A stretch of 64,000 nt of DNA from Selaginella moellendorffii (taxonomy: Eukaryota > Plantae > Lycopodiophyta), in NCBI RefSeq assembly GCF_000143415.4, contig NW_003314297.1, forward strand, positions 124,001-188,000, read 5' to 3'. The translations under genes were made by a program, and so were the position numbers. Numbering within the stretch: the first letter of the stretch is position 1; every line of letters begins with the position of its first letter. Positions 50,906 to 63,480 of this stretch are shown one piece after another. The notes beneath the pieces are model-generated. The model did not search any database. It was not told the origin of the DNA and worked only from the letters and a program-made list of their open reading frames with translations.

Positions 50906-52873
50906 CTACTTCTTCGTAGACTGCTTTGCCCAGACAAAAACTTCCTGGCAGATGCTCCTTGTGTAGACAACCACAGCGACGAACACCACCAGCAAAGCGT
51001 TCATTCGTTTAAAGTCGATGATTTCATGGTTGGCAGAGCCGAACAAGGTGGAGTCATCGTTTTGCATGTACACAACCGAGCCGGAGGAGGCACCGAGCTT
51101 ACGTACTTCCTCGAGGAGGTAGTGTACATCCAAAACCACGTCTCCATCTCCGATCCTGTTCTTCGAGATTGTGGTTGTGTTGCTGGCGTTCGTGTTTACG
51201 TGGGAGTTCCTGTAGTGGTTTTGAGAGTTCTGTAGATGGCTCCGGTTTGGAGGGAATGGTGGTGCGTTCTTTGCGCGTTGTTGCTGAAGAGCAATGTGGT
51301 GCTGCAGTAGAAAAACTCTGGCGACTTGCTGGAGTCTCTTCTCGTTGAGGCTCTGGTGCTGTCGTGTGATCGATCCAGTGAGCTCTGGAAGAGAATGAGA
51401 ATTGAGAGTTACCGTGTGGTCTGGAGACGAGCTTGGCCGCCGCTCTAGCGGAAGAGGAGGGTTTAACGCCGCAAGGCAAGTGTCCAGGCACTGATCCAAG
51501 TGCTCCACTCTGACAGTGTTCCAATCTTCTGTAGTGGCTCCCATGGGCTCCGGCCGAGAGATGGCTTCTTTGCGTCTCCTTACGAACCTTTGAATAACGT
51601 TGGCAGCCATTTCTCTTTTTAGAGACAATCTCCACGTCCTGTACGCCGCCTGGATCCTCCCTGCGCTGCTCTTCGCCAAAAGGTACCGCCTCCTTGTTTG
51701 CAAACCTCTGTAGAACGCTTGAATCGTAGCAGCACCAGCAGCATGAGCTCGTTTCTCCTGTTCCAATTTTCTCCTTGTTTGCCACCCTCGGTAGAAGGCT
51801 TGAATCGCAGTAGCAGCAGCAGCCTGAACTCGTTTCTCCTGTTCCATTTTTCTCCTTGTTTGCAAACCGCGGTAGAAGGCTTGAATCGCAGTAGCAACAG
51901 CAGCCTGAGCTCGTTTCTCCTGTTCCATTTTTCTCCTTGTTTGCCACCCTCGGTAGAAGGCTTGAATCGCAGTAGCAGCAGCAGCCTGAGCTCGTTTCTC
52001 CTGTTCCATTTTTCTCCTTGTTTGCCACCCTCGGTAGAAGGTTTGAATCGCAGTAGCAGCAGCAGCCTGAACTCGTTTCTCCTGTTCCATTTTTCTCCTT
52101 GTTTGCCACCCTCGGTAGAAGGCTTGAATCGCAGTAGCAGCAGCAGCCTGAGCTCGTTTCTCCTGTTCCATTTTTCTCCTTGTTTGCCACCCTCGGTAGA
52201 AGGCTTGAATCGCAGTAGCAGCAGCAGCCTGAACTCGTTTCTCCTGTTCCAGTTCTCTCCTCCAACGCCGGACGAGAAGCCCGCGAGCGTGTGCCTGGAT
52301 CACGAGAGCTGATCTCCTTTCCAACAGCAGCATTTGCTCCAGAGCTTCCAGCCTCCGCTCTCTCCAAGCCCGGAAACTCTGCTGGATCCTCCCGGCGGCT
52401 CTTTGCATCCTTCTGTAGCTACTTCGATCCCTCCACATCCTGTACGTTGCTTGTACTTTCACCACACATTTCTTATTGGCTATGGCCGACCTTCTAACCC
52501 TGGATCCCCTGTAGAGAGCCTGGATCCGGAGGACAGCCGCTTCTTCGCTCGCTGGCGGTGGCGCAAATGCGTTCGCCGGTACCGGCAGAGAGGTTGCTGG
52601 TAGCGAATCCGTGGAGGGAAGGAGACGGGGACCTCCAAATTCGAGCTGATTGTGGAGAATACCTGGACTGGAGCTGGTCCTCCTGGGAATGGAATCCCTG
52701 CGCAGCCAAGCGATTGTGGAGTGGAAGTTGAGAGCCGCTGGACACGGCCTGTGAAGGATTTGCCGCTGCATTTCCATCGGGATCGACAAATCGCTGCTCT
52801 CGGCGGACAAGAGATGCATACCCGAAGTGGAATAAAGATTCCGCTTGAGCCTCTCATGCTGGCTCGAACCCAT
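50906..52873 (-). CDS. Intronless multi-IQ calmodulin-binding protein (about 13 IQ motifs) with C-terminal hydrophobic segment
   Basis: 655-aa open frame; repeated IQxxxRG motifs; ALLVVFVAVVVY near the C-terminus. Confidence 0.8.
   Translation of the reverse strand: MGSSQHERLKRNLYSTSGMHLLSAESSDLSIPMEMQRQILHRPCPAALNFHSTIAWLRRDSIPRRTSSSPGILHNQLEFGGPRLLPSTDSLPATSLPVPANAFAPPPASEEAAVLRIQALYRGSRVRRSAIANKKCVVKVQATYRMWRDRSSYRRMQRAAGRIQQSFRAWRERRLEALEQMLLLERRSALVIQAHARGLLVRRWRRELEQEKRVQAAAATAIQAFYRGWQTRRKMEQEKRAQAAAATAIQAFYRGWQTRRKMEQEKRVQAAAATAIQTFYRGWQTRRKMEQEKRAQAAAATAIQAFYRGWQTRRKMEQEKRAQAAVATAIQAFYRGLQTRRKMEQEKRVQAAAATAIQAFYRGWQTRRKLEQEKRAHAAGAATIQAFYRGLQTRRRYLLAKSSAGRIQAAYRTWRLSLKREMAANVIQRFVRRRKEAISRPEPMGATTEDWNTVRVEHLDQCLDTCLAALNPPLPLERRPSSSPDHTVTLNSHSLPELTGSITRQHQSLNEKRLQQVARVFLLQHHIALQQQRAKNAPPFPPNRSHLQNSQNHYRNSHVNTNASNTTTISKNRIGDGDVVLDVHYLLEEVRKLGASSGSVVYMQNDDSTLFGSANHEIIDFKRMNALLVVFVAVVVYTRSICQEVFVWAKQSTKK
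51686..52252 (-). repeat. Coding tandem repeat, 7 x 81 bp (27 aa, EQEKR.QAAAATAIQAFYRGWQTRRK)
   Basis: cgtttctcctgttcca recurs at 51750, 51831, 51912, 51993, 52074, 52155, 52236. Confidence 0.97.
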
Positions 52874-53123
52874 CCCTGCGTATCAGTTGGATCGCACCCA
52901 CCATAGCTTCGCTTTCTCCATAGTCAAGCATGAACCCTAGAAAACTTTAATTTGTGCGTTAGGATATTCGTTATTGCCACGTGGGTTAGTCTACCTTTTA
53001 CTTTGAAACCCTAAACTTTAGATATCATCACTTTACACTGTGACACGACACGCTATCTCTGTTTGCTTGGCACTCGTCACTTTCCATTCTCACTTTTCCT
53101 CGCGAGAAAGAAGTCGAATTGGA

Positions 53124-53528
53124 ATGGCCTCGCTCGTCTGCGCTGAGCTTCCCTCCATGATCTCCTCGATTACTCTCCACAGGTTCCAAGCTTTCGGGAG
53201 CTCCAGAACGAATCTAGCTCTTCCCAGGCAAATCTCCGCTCAGGTATCTTCCATTGGTAAGGAAAGTAGCAAATGCGACGAGATCCCAACCAGCGCTGCC
53301 GCTGAGAAGCGAGATCCGGCACCAAATTCTCCACCACTCCAACACCTCAAGCCGATGATCGCCACCAAGCTGTCCGAGCTGAGCAAATTCCTCTTCTCCA
53401 CCCGGAAGAAAGGGGACCTGACCGATGTTCTTCTGATGAGCATCTCCATGGCCGTGTTCGTTTACATATCCCAGCAGCTCGTCTGTGTCTACTGCCTACT
53501 TCGTCACCATCACTTCGACTTCTTCTAG
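53124..53528 (+). CDS. Small uncharacterised plant protein with transit-peptide-like N-terminus and C-terminal TM
   Basis: MASL.. Ser-rich leader; KKGDL.D..LMS.S.A..VYISQ.LVC.Y resembles a conserved plant unknown protein (from memory). Confidence 0.6.
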   Translation: MASLVCAELPSMISSITLHRFQAFGSSRTNLALPRQISAQVSSIGKESSKCDEIPTSAAAEKRDPAPNSPPLQHLKPMIATKLSELSKFLFSTRKKGDLTDVLLMSISMAVFVYISQQLVCVYCLLRHHHFDFF

Positions 53529-53629
53529 TTCGATCTGGAAGGAGATCAATAGATCTACAGTTGCGCCTCTTGTATATAACAAAGTAATCTAGAAAAACTA
53601 TACTCACAAATTGTCGCCAAAGGAAGAAG

Positions 53630-55051
53630 CTATGGCGATCCAGCGTCGAGTGCGAAGTGGAGCAGTGGCTGCGGGCGCTTGGGAGGCAACTTCCGCAGGG
53701 TGAAAAGAACAAGAACCGATGGTAAGATTTCTACAGCCTGAAAAAACAAAGAAGGAAAAGATAGCAAAAATGAGAAGTTGCAAGGGAAGAGAAAAGATAG
53801 ATACCCCGTAATAGATTGCGTTGAGGATGGGATGATCAGTGACATCCAGGCTGTTGCTCTTGCTGATAGCCGAGAACGCAACCTGTTGAAGAGGAGGTTT
53901 GGAGTGACGCTTAGAAAACATGTAGAAAATTCACTCACAAAAACAGATCTTATGACGAAGCAGATGGAACATATTCCTGTCACAGCTCCAACCTGGAACG
54001 AGAGATAATCACGAGCGTTTCCAAAGTTTTCAACCAATACCGACCTCACGGATTTTCTTTTCGCGCCCCTTGGACTCCACTGGAAACCTTCGAAGCATGC
54101 AATACAGGCTGGAAGCGGCAGAGTAGAGCATTACGTTGTTTTAGTCGATAAGAGTTAGACTCACCGTCCACCATAGAGCAAAAACCCAATGGCTGCTGCA
54201 AGTGAGATAGCTGCAAAGGAAAGAACAAAAACATTGTCGTATACAGTGCTTCCAAAGCAGCCACAAAGGAAATAAGTACCAGAAAATAGGATTGTCGACA
54301 AGACTTTCTCAGCCACTTTCGGAATCCAGAGCGAAACAATCCACAGAATAAGCTGGAAGTCAGTAGGGCGCAGAGCACTACGTGAAAAGAAGCATAAAAA
54401 GTACAAAGTGCTTCACCTGAATGACGTAGACGCAGACATTAATCGCGACAAACACCGTGCGGAAGCGTTCCGCGGTGATACTTCTAGCCTTTGTACACAA
54501 AAACCCAATGAGTTCTTCGTCTGTTCAGTCATCGCTCACCTGGTGATATATATCGGCCCAAAACAAGATCAAGAGCGTGTACGTTGTGAAGAACAGGAGT
54601 CCAGGGAGATCGACAAGGATGGATTGCACCACCTACAAAAAAACAAAGAATGAAGAACACATTGTCAGATGTAACTTGGAACATACCAGTGGAAGTGATG
54701 AAACCCGAATCCACAGATAAAAAACTATGGCTCGAACTGTAGAACAGTACGTGAATGAAACAGTCGATAGCCAGCGAATAAGCTACGCACCTCCATTCAC
54801 GACGAAGTTGAGCAAATGGAAGAGCTTCTGGATCGTCCATCCATACTCCGGGACCCTCCGCTCGATTCGAATCAATTGCACCTAAAGAAGGCAGAGTAAA
54901 ACAAGAAGAGAGATTTCTTTTGGAGATTTCTTACGAGAGCCCAGAGCGAGATCGCGGTGTAGGCACCGCCAAGCACAGTAAAGATCCATGTCTTGGATTG
55001 CGCCGCGTCGTGCCACCAGCTAGAAATCAGCGATGGCGGCAGCGATAGCAT
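53630..55051 (-). CDS. Tobamovirus multiplication 1/3-like multipass membrane protein (DUF1084), multi-exon
   Basis: [90 protein letters not shown]. Confidence 0.92.
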
Positions 55052-55579
55052 TTCTCGCGCGCCTCGAGCGGATTTCAGCTGGAAATGTAGCCGCTAAGAT
55101 CACGTTTCCTCGATCGAGCAAGAGACTCACCGAGAGCGCGAAGAGGAGGAGCGCACCGATCGATCGCAGTGCCGCCTCATAGCCCTGGGAATATTTTGCA
55201 AAGAAATTTATGCCACGTGGAGAGCGGCCATGCATAAAGATCCCCTGGATATCTTTTTCGTCTTCATAGAATCTTCTTCGTTGCTTTTGTAAAGGTAGTA
55301 AATGGAGGAACCAGACTGGAATTTTTGGAGCTAGAGAGCTCTCTTTGGTTCCAATCTCTTTCCTCCACCTACATAGAAGAAATAAACAAGCAAATAGCTC
55401 TCACGTTATTCCACAAAAGAGATGGCCTCTCGCAGAGAGTCTCTCAAACGCTTTCTCTTACTCGTCGCTCACTCTCTCGCGCTCTCATTCCCTCTCACAC
55501 TCTCTCCCAAGTCACTCACTAACCGATGTGTTCGTTGATTATATATGTATTGCTTGCGTCGCTCGTCGATCGTCGCGCT

Positions 55580-58504
55580 CTAACCAAATGGATTTCCCCC
55601 GGCCGCGGGTTGCACGGGGAAAGCACCGCCGTTCATGAAGCCTTGCGGGTTTCCAAACCCCCCGCGAGCTTGCCTGAAAAGAGAAGAACGAGATAAGAGA
55701 GTTTCTAGCTTGTGAAAGACGACTTACGGAGGTGGTGGCATCATATGACCAGGCATTTGCTGCGGAGGAAATCCTCCACCACCTAAACACAAAGGTATTT
55801 AGAACACTTAGATCCCGAAAAAAAGAGCTAGCCATTCTCTCTTGCCTTGCATCGATGGAGGGAAAGATGGCGGAAACGATGGCAGAAGTGACGGAGGAGG
55901 AGCCATTCCCGGCTGCTGCCAGTGCGGTGGTGGAGCACCTACGGGGCCTTGGTTGAAGCCAGGTAAAGCAGATTGGAGAGGAGCCATGCTTGGAAACTGT
56001 AAGATAAATCCCGCTTTGTCACAGCCAGTAAGAGCCAACTTAACGTACGCTTTGACTGGGATCACCAGGCAGATCAAACGGATTGCTTTTCGTTCTTGCA
56101 GGTTGTTGAGCGTAAGGCATGGCTCCCTGGAGCAAATTCATCAACACGAGAGCACAAACCGAATTTTGATACGCATACCGGCGGCATGCCTGCTCCAAAA
56201 TGGTGTGGTTGAGGTTGTGGAGGTGGGGGATATCTCATCTGCATATGCATTCCTCCTACATTGTAGGTAGGCATTTGCGGCGAGAAGAAAAGATCCTGCC
56301 GAAAAACAAACGAACATAGCTAGCTAAAGTTGCAAGAAATATTTGGAAGTACCTCTGCAATTTCACGCCGCTGTTGTTGTAATCCATTAACCACTGGTGC
56401 TTGAGGTGGAGGTGGCTGTGGCTGGCGCTGTTGTGGCGGCTGAGCGCTCCATGTTTCCTAGGTGACAAGCCCGTTAGAAACTTTGTTCGCGAGAAATTGC
56501 CTTACCTGAACTGGTTCAAAACTCTGAACTGGCTGGAAGCTCTGGACTGGCTGGACTGGCTGGAAACTCTGGACTGGCTGCGAACTCTGAAAACCATTTG
56601 GTGGCGGATTAGTCCATCCTCCAGTCGACTTTCCCTGTGCCGGGACTGGGACGTCCATTACTTGGAAAAAATCTGTAGGAGTCGGGGGTGCTGCGGGGAC
56701 TTTAGGAGGAGATAAATCGAAAGAGGCCCATCCATCACTAGAGGAAGTTACGAGGGCGGGCTGCTGAGACGTAGCAAAGGGATCAAACGGCACGTTTTGG
56801 CTAGATTTCGGAGGCCCAGACGTAGCAAAAGGGTCAAAAGGTGCATTTTGTTTCGGAGGCTCCGCAGTAGTCGTCGCAAAGGGATCAAATGCTGTGCTTG
56901 GCTTTTGAGGCTCAGCAAAAGGATCAAACCCTGTAGCTGTGGTTGTTGCCGCTTTCGGAGGCTCTGAATCCGCACTGAAGTCTATCAAGCTCTCCGAAAT
57001 GGCTGGCTGAGGAGCAGCTACAGCTGCTTTTGGAGTTCCATTGCCCATCCCATCCAAAGATTTGAACGAACGCAAACGCCCATCGCCCTGCTACCAACAA
57101 AACAAATCAGTACAAGAGTCAGAATTAAGAGTGATCACCTGTGAGCTGCTGACGGAATGAGGACTTTCGGTGTTGTCTTCCGCTCGTCCGTTCGAGCGAG
57201 AACCATCTTCCACTCGTAGTTTCGGCACGTCGTCTCCCAAGATGTCTCTGACAGATCGCATAGGAGGAGTTTCACCACCCCTATAACTAGGCGGTCGATT
57301 GAATCGTTTGTCAAGGTCCTCCGATGATCTGCGGTTATCATCCCCCCTCCTTTGATCTTCATAACGCTCTCGTTCATCATATCTCCGGTCTCGTTCTTCG
57401 TATCTCCGATCATCGTATCTCCGCTCTCGTTCGTCGTATCGTCTATCATATCGCCGATCTCTATCATCATAGCGCCTCCCACCATCCCGGTCATCATAGT
57501 TTCTATCTCTGTCCTCATACCGTCGATCACGATCATCAAAACGCCGGTCTTTCTCGTCATACCGTCTATCTCTATCCCTGTCCCTATCCTTGTCAGCCTG
57601 GTAGCCCTTCTCGTATCTATCACGCTCATCAAACCTGGCAGGACTCATCTTGTCATCAAAACCCCGGTCTGAACCACGAGATACTGGTCTGTTAGTGTAC
57701 CGGCGGTCGTCATTGCGATCATCGTACGAGGGGCTCTGACCATATCTGGAGCGATCCGGCTGCTGTTTGCGAGAGTCAAATGTATCTTCTCCATCACTCT
57801 ATACGTTTGAGACAAATGAAATTAAAAAAATGCAGCACAAAGACAAAAAGCATTCTTACCAATCGTCCTCTTCTGTCCCCAGAAAACCTTTTATCCACAT
57901 ACACAGCTCTGATAAAATCCCGAAGCTTGTCTGGGTTGCTGAAAAACAAACAGATCAAACACTAGGACAGCTATTAAGATCTCTGCAACCTTGTATCTGG
58001 CAGAGACTGGCGTGATGAATCCCACTCCTTGAGATAAGTTTCTCGTGCACGCTGGCAAAATACAAAGCATCATAAGCGCAAGTGTCTGTTTAAAACAGTT
58101 TCTCTTACTTGATTGCCACCAGCTTGCAAAGCAGACACTTCCGCTGGAGTGAAAGTCGCCATGGAGATAGACTTTACCCGGTGAGTGAATTCCCGGCTGC
58201 AAAACACAGCAATGCAAGGATGAAGAAAAAGAATGGGAAAGAAATTCACACTTACTGGATCCCGCTGCAAGTAGTGCACACAAACACAGAGAAATTCGTG
58301 CAGACATACTGAGGACCCTGAAAAACAGCGAGAAACCCTTCGTGAGCCACAGATCCGCTTCAACAAGACAAAATTTCCTGCAGTAGCAAGGAATCTGAGA
58401 CATACCAGGCTTCCGCAGTTGATGCATTTGCGATTCTCCGCGAGCTTGGTGAGGCCCCGGATAATCTTCTCGTTCTTCTCTTGCTCCTTGACCCGGCTCG
58501 CCAT
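55580..58504 (-). CDS. ArfGAP-domain protein, AGD14/HRB-like, multi-exon
   Basis: NEKIIRGL.KL..NRKCINC.SL, YVCTNF..FVCTTCSGI, REFTHRVKSISMA.FT..EV..LQ.GGNQ; DPF repeats; C-terminal GGNPFG*. Confidence 0.92.
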
Positions 58505-58888
58505 TGCTCCCCCGCCGCACACTGCGTCAGCTCCCCTCCAGCATCACGCGAGAAAACCTAGCCCCTGGCAGAGAGAGTCAATGGCGCCCCACTGTAGCCG
58601 ATGACAAAGGAAGAGGCGACCGCGCCAGAAAGAGAGCGACGGCGCGCTTAGCGCCTTCGGATCCACGCTCCTCGAGACGCCCTAAGATCTGCCACGCGCA
58701 ACGAGGCCGCCATTTCAAGACATTGCCTTGATCTCCACAAACCCTAGAAAAACAAAAAAATGCAAGCTGTGGGTCTTCCTCGGCTATAACACTGCGCACG
58801 CACAAATCTCGGGCTCGAATCTCTTCTTCTTCCCCTTTATTACTTTTTTCAAAAACTAAAGGTACCTGGTTCGATTCCCGATACTAGG

Positions 58889-59120
58889 CTAAATGGAAAT
58901 GGGATTTCTTCTGTGTCTCTTTTGGAGAGTTCTTCGTCTTTGGAGCTGCGACTCGTCCGCAACTCGCACAGAAACAACGGGAATGCTGTTCCACCGCTCT
59001 TTCATTGAGCTTCGCGTCATTTGCATATCCAAGAACACCAACAGGGCGATCCAGCGGAGTGGCAGCACCGCTAGAACCAGCGCCAGTCCTCCCAGAATCG
59101 CTGATCGGCCGCCTGTGGAG
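58889..59120 (-). pseudogene. Possible fragment of a DUF639-like membrane-protein C-terminus
   Basis: LALVLAVLPLRWIALLVFL....ERWNSIPVVSV resembles the DUF639 tail (from memory); no upstream exons evident. Confidence 0.3.
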
Positions 59121-61549
59121 AAAAACTCGAGAGTCAACACCCATGAAACTCTGGAGCCGAGGCGCGAGTCTTCAAGAGGAAGATGTTTGCCGCTTGGATC
59201 ACACCCGATGCTGTGAGTTGCTCCAGTACTAGTGTGCTTTGGCTGGTGGTGGGACGACGATCTCGTGGTCCCGTTTGCCTTTAGAGCTGTAGCGCAGCCA
59301 GGGAATGTACAAGACGATGACACGGAGAAGAAGCGGTGGAAGATAGCGGACCCAATCTCCGCATGGATTAATAGCACAGCGACTCATGCCACGAGTGGAA
59401 AACGAAAATGATCTTACGAGAAGAGCGGACAAAGCATTGCTGCCTTGAGTGGCTCCCTCTCACAGTTTACAGAAGGAATACTTAGCTCCGGTAGTTGCAG
59501 AAACGTGTGAGAAAAATCATGGAGGTACCTTCATGATTGCGACATTGGTACCGATTCCCTCAACTCTCACGCCTTCGATGCCCTTTCCAGCTGAGTGTAG
59601 TACTTCTCCCGCGAGCGTCATTGTCGAGAGCTGAGGCTCCGCTGCCTCTAGAACCACGTCTCCGCCAGCTAGTTCCTCCGTCAGCGAAAAAGTGCATGAC
59701 TAGGCTACGTTGCGAATGCTCTTGCAAACATGCTCCCACCTGGGATCACATCACACCTCGCGTTTCTAAAGAAAAGAGAAGAATTTCCAGGGTTGCCAAT
59801 TGCCGCTGGTTATGGAGAAGAGCCTCTAGCTCCCGATCGACAGTAGAGTTTCTTAAGTTTCTCTTCCTCCACGATCTAAAAAACCTTTCTTTCTTCTTTG
59901 TGGTTTTCCAGGATAAAAGAGCGCCCTCTTGTGGGTGGTGATACTCCTCACAGTCTTGGGACTTCTATCTGGTAAGGAGCTCTTTTCCATCTTTCGTTCT
60001 TAAACTCTTTTGTACGTGATTGCTTGAAGCTGTGATTGGCTGTGCCGATTTCACCGTGAGACGTCTTCCATCCACGACGATGGCTTCCACCAATGACTTT
60101 AGCTCGCTCAATGCCGAGGCTCCGTGCTTTCCTTCATTGATCTGGCAATGTTGTGTGACAGTGTGCAGCCTTTACGTTCTGGATCTCTGTGTGGATGTTT
60201 CCCGACTTACGCATCAAGGTAACTTGAAAAGGCCTTTTGTACATGTTTTTTGGAGGCGTAGCATATTTGCTTTCACCAAAAACAGACTCAATACGTAAAG
60301 GTATTTGCATCGATTCTGTTTTCGTTTCTTCAAGGTGATGGCTTTGCAGGAGGCGACTGATTGAGGCAAGCTCTCCAACGCGAAGAGAGAGGTGGGAAGA
60401 AAGGACGGAAGTTTCGGAAAAATGTGAATCCAAGGGCCACTGCGCACAGAAACGGAAAAACATGATTCAGGAGCTTGCCGTTTTGGGAGACGATGCTCAA
60501 GCTCTGAACGAGGCATTCCCACGGAGAGAAGGTACCTTCGTAGTTTTTCTATTAAGTTTCTTCTGTGCTGATTCCACTGCTGGGCAGACACATCCTGGGC
60601 TCTTACAGTTCAAGCTTGTTTTGGCATTCTCGGGTACGAAATATTTACGTTTCTCAACCAAGTCTTCTTGGGGTACTTGTTGTCGATGCCATTTCTAAGC
60701 GTGAATTCCTAGAACGTAGTGCTTTTCCTTTTCATGAAACTATAGGTACCAAGGCACGCTCGTCAACTCGTTTCTTTTCAACGTCATGGCCATCATACTT
60801 CTTATGCTCCACAAGGTATGTTTACATGGTTTCCAGCAAGCTCATTCACTGTTTGCAGCGATTAACTCGGCCGCGTCATATGCTTGCTGCAGATTCAACG
60901 TCGTCCAAAATTCTGGGGCTCCCTTTGCTACTGGACGTGCGTATCAGGTTTCTTCCTGCTTGGAAACTAAGCTGTGCAGGCCAAGTTTGCTGTCGAGCGC
61001 GAAAAAGAGAATCTATAAGGAAGAAGTGTGAGAATTCGACACACGCGAGGCAACATTCTTTACAGCTCGCTGGGGGAACACAGGGGCAACTTCCATCTTT
61101 GCCTCTGGAGTCCTCATCCAAAAGCTGTCAATGGATTCCATACCACTTTGTGATCATCCGGAAAGCTAGCTTTCGAGCTTTCTGTTTTCCAGCCAGGGCA
61201 CGAGATCTCCTTTGCTTTCTTTGCTGTCCTGGTTTCTACTCTCAATCCCTCGATCGCTTTCTCCTCTCTTGGCGATGGCTAGCGTGTCTTTGTGCTTGTG
61301 AAAAGAGGATGTTCAAACAATGAAAATTTGATGGAGAATTTTATTAAAGCATGAAGAAATTATGTCAAAAGCAACAAAAGCAATAATAAAAGTGCTCATG
61401 CTTGCAATTATAACGCCTTTATTATTTACTCCCAAACTAAGCATTAATTGCCCTTAAGAGGATTATGTGATCAGTCTGGGCTTCGTTTTAGCTTCGATTT
61501 CTTGCTTGGGATAGCAACGAATCAAGCTATCTCCTTCATCTAGCAGCAC

Positions 61550-63480
61550 ATGGAGCATTTGCTCGAGCAGCATTTGTTCCCTCGTCTAGAGTTGGGTGCT
61601 TTCCGGCAGCTTGTGGTTGAGGCGGCCATGGCTGCCTTTCACGGCGAGGGTGGCGCGAGCGCCACAGCATCGCGAGTCTCGCGAGTGGCAGGCGCCGGCG
61701 GCAATGTTACAGCGGTTACTTGTTTCCGGATCCTTCGGATCAGCGTGCTGCTGCGCAACATGACTGTTTCTTGAGCCTGCGCGAGCTCTCCAAATGGTGG
61801 TTCTATGGTTCTTTGCATTCTCTCGTTTTGATTCGCAAGACGATCACATGAGCGTTCTGGAGCGTCGGCATTAGGAAGAGTGTCAGATTTTCTCCATGCT
61901 ACTGTGTAGAGCACGACGGTGTCATCGTTCACTCTCATGTAAGCATTCCTCATGATTTCCTTGCTCCTCTTTGTTGTTTTCAAGGCAGAGTCGGCTGGAG
62001 GCAATCTCTTTTTGGTTGCGTGTTAAGTACTTTCCTCCTTTTATCTTTGAGCAGACTATGTTGCAGCCCATCCCAAGAAAAGCAATCGCTATCTGGCCAG
62101 CAGCGCAGTGCCGCAAGAGAAATTTCGTTTGCCTTCGGTTTTCATGGATGTGTCTTTGCTGATTTATAATGCAGTCTTGGCAGCGAGGATAATGAATGCA
62201 ACGCTTGTGCTGCCGGAGTTGGATTACCAACGAGAGTGCCACCACCTGGCCTCCAAAATCACCTTGTCCAGTAGAACGATATAGAAGGTCCTTTGATCTT
62301 TTGCTTTCTCGTCCTTGATCGTGATAAAGAGCAAACACTTGTGTTTCTTGCACAGGGACCGCTTTGGTGGTGTGGTTTCTCGCCATCAGCGACACCTGGT
62401 TTGTGTGTTTGTGTTGTTGTATAAATCTCACTAATAGGTGTCCACTTGCTCAGGAGCTTGGTTTCTTATCTTGTCTCCACTAAGGTAAGCAGTCATCTTT
62501 GCTTCGGGTACTAGCTTTGCCTGGAGCCGCTCTCGACTTTGGGATCAGGTAATCCTTTTAATCTGTTAGTTGCAAACGGCTAGCTTTTTTCAGCCAGCCA
62601 GAGAACGACGAGCATAGCGACTTGTTCCCGGCCATCGTTTCTACCTGGATGATTTTGGTTGTGCCGTAGATTTGAACAGGAAACAGCGGCCAATTTGCTC
62701 TACTAGAGAAGCAAGGAGCTTCGTTTTTGCTAGCTTTTTTTCCCGAGAAGGACACGCCATCTCCTGGGACACGCTCCTGCGCACGATCGAAATGGCGTCG
62801 TAATTTGCTCGCTACTTTCGATCGCATGCCACAGCACTGCGAGTTCTCGTGCTCTGTCGAATGCCGGGCCTTATGTCGGAGCTAGTGTCGGTTGCCTACG
62901 CCTGTTTGGACATGGCCGGCGGGCTTTTGCCGCCATGATCACAAGCTATACACTATAAGTCTTTGCTTCGTACCGGTCAACGGTAACGGTTAGTTCTGGA
63001 GATGATATAATCCGCCAGAATCCGAGGTTTGAATCCATGATCGTCTACCTCTTTCGTCTTGTCTTTTGGGATGCGATGGCGCAGAGGGCTTTCTGCTATA
63101 GTGGTGCTCTGTTCGAACCGATGCCAGTGATGAACCCGGCGTCCTTGACGTCTGTCAAGATTGAATTGAGCCAATGATGCCACGGCAAGAACTGTTTTTG
63201 TATCAACGTATGCCCAAAGTCCTATGTTGATTTCGCAGCGGGATATTATAACCTGACCGGTTTGATCAACCACAATACCACATCTTTCTGGATCGCCGTT
63301 GCTGGCGTGTGCATGCCCGACCACAACGAGAATCGTTCTGGCATTCTGCGAGGCAAGAGAATCGTATGGCGTCGAGCATCTCTTTTCATGTTAATCCAGC
63401 ATGTTCTTTATGTACGAGGGTTAGTTGTTTTATCGGCCTGGCCTGGCGAAAGCTGGATTATAGAATGGAAGGAATAGAGT
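61550..63480 (+). pseudogene. Decayed gene remnants, possibly F-box-type
   Basis: MEHLLEQHLFPRL start resembles an F-box N-terminus; downstream frames broken by stops. Confidence 0.2.

Noticed and set aside
51686-52252. Regular repeats as a CRISPR array
   Set aside because: Contiguous 81-bp units with no unique spacers, in frame within an IQ protein; eukaryotic context
51099-52367. 422-aa Cys-rich ORF (GCCCYCDS repeats) and the 204-aa antisense ORF
   Set aside because: Alternative-frame shadows of the IQ repeat
59230-61323. 252-aa ORF 60565-61323 and neighbours as genes
   Set aside because: Non-ATG starts, atypical composition and no recognisable domain; no gene model could be built
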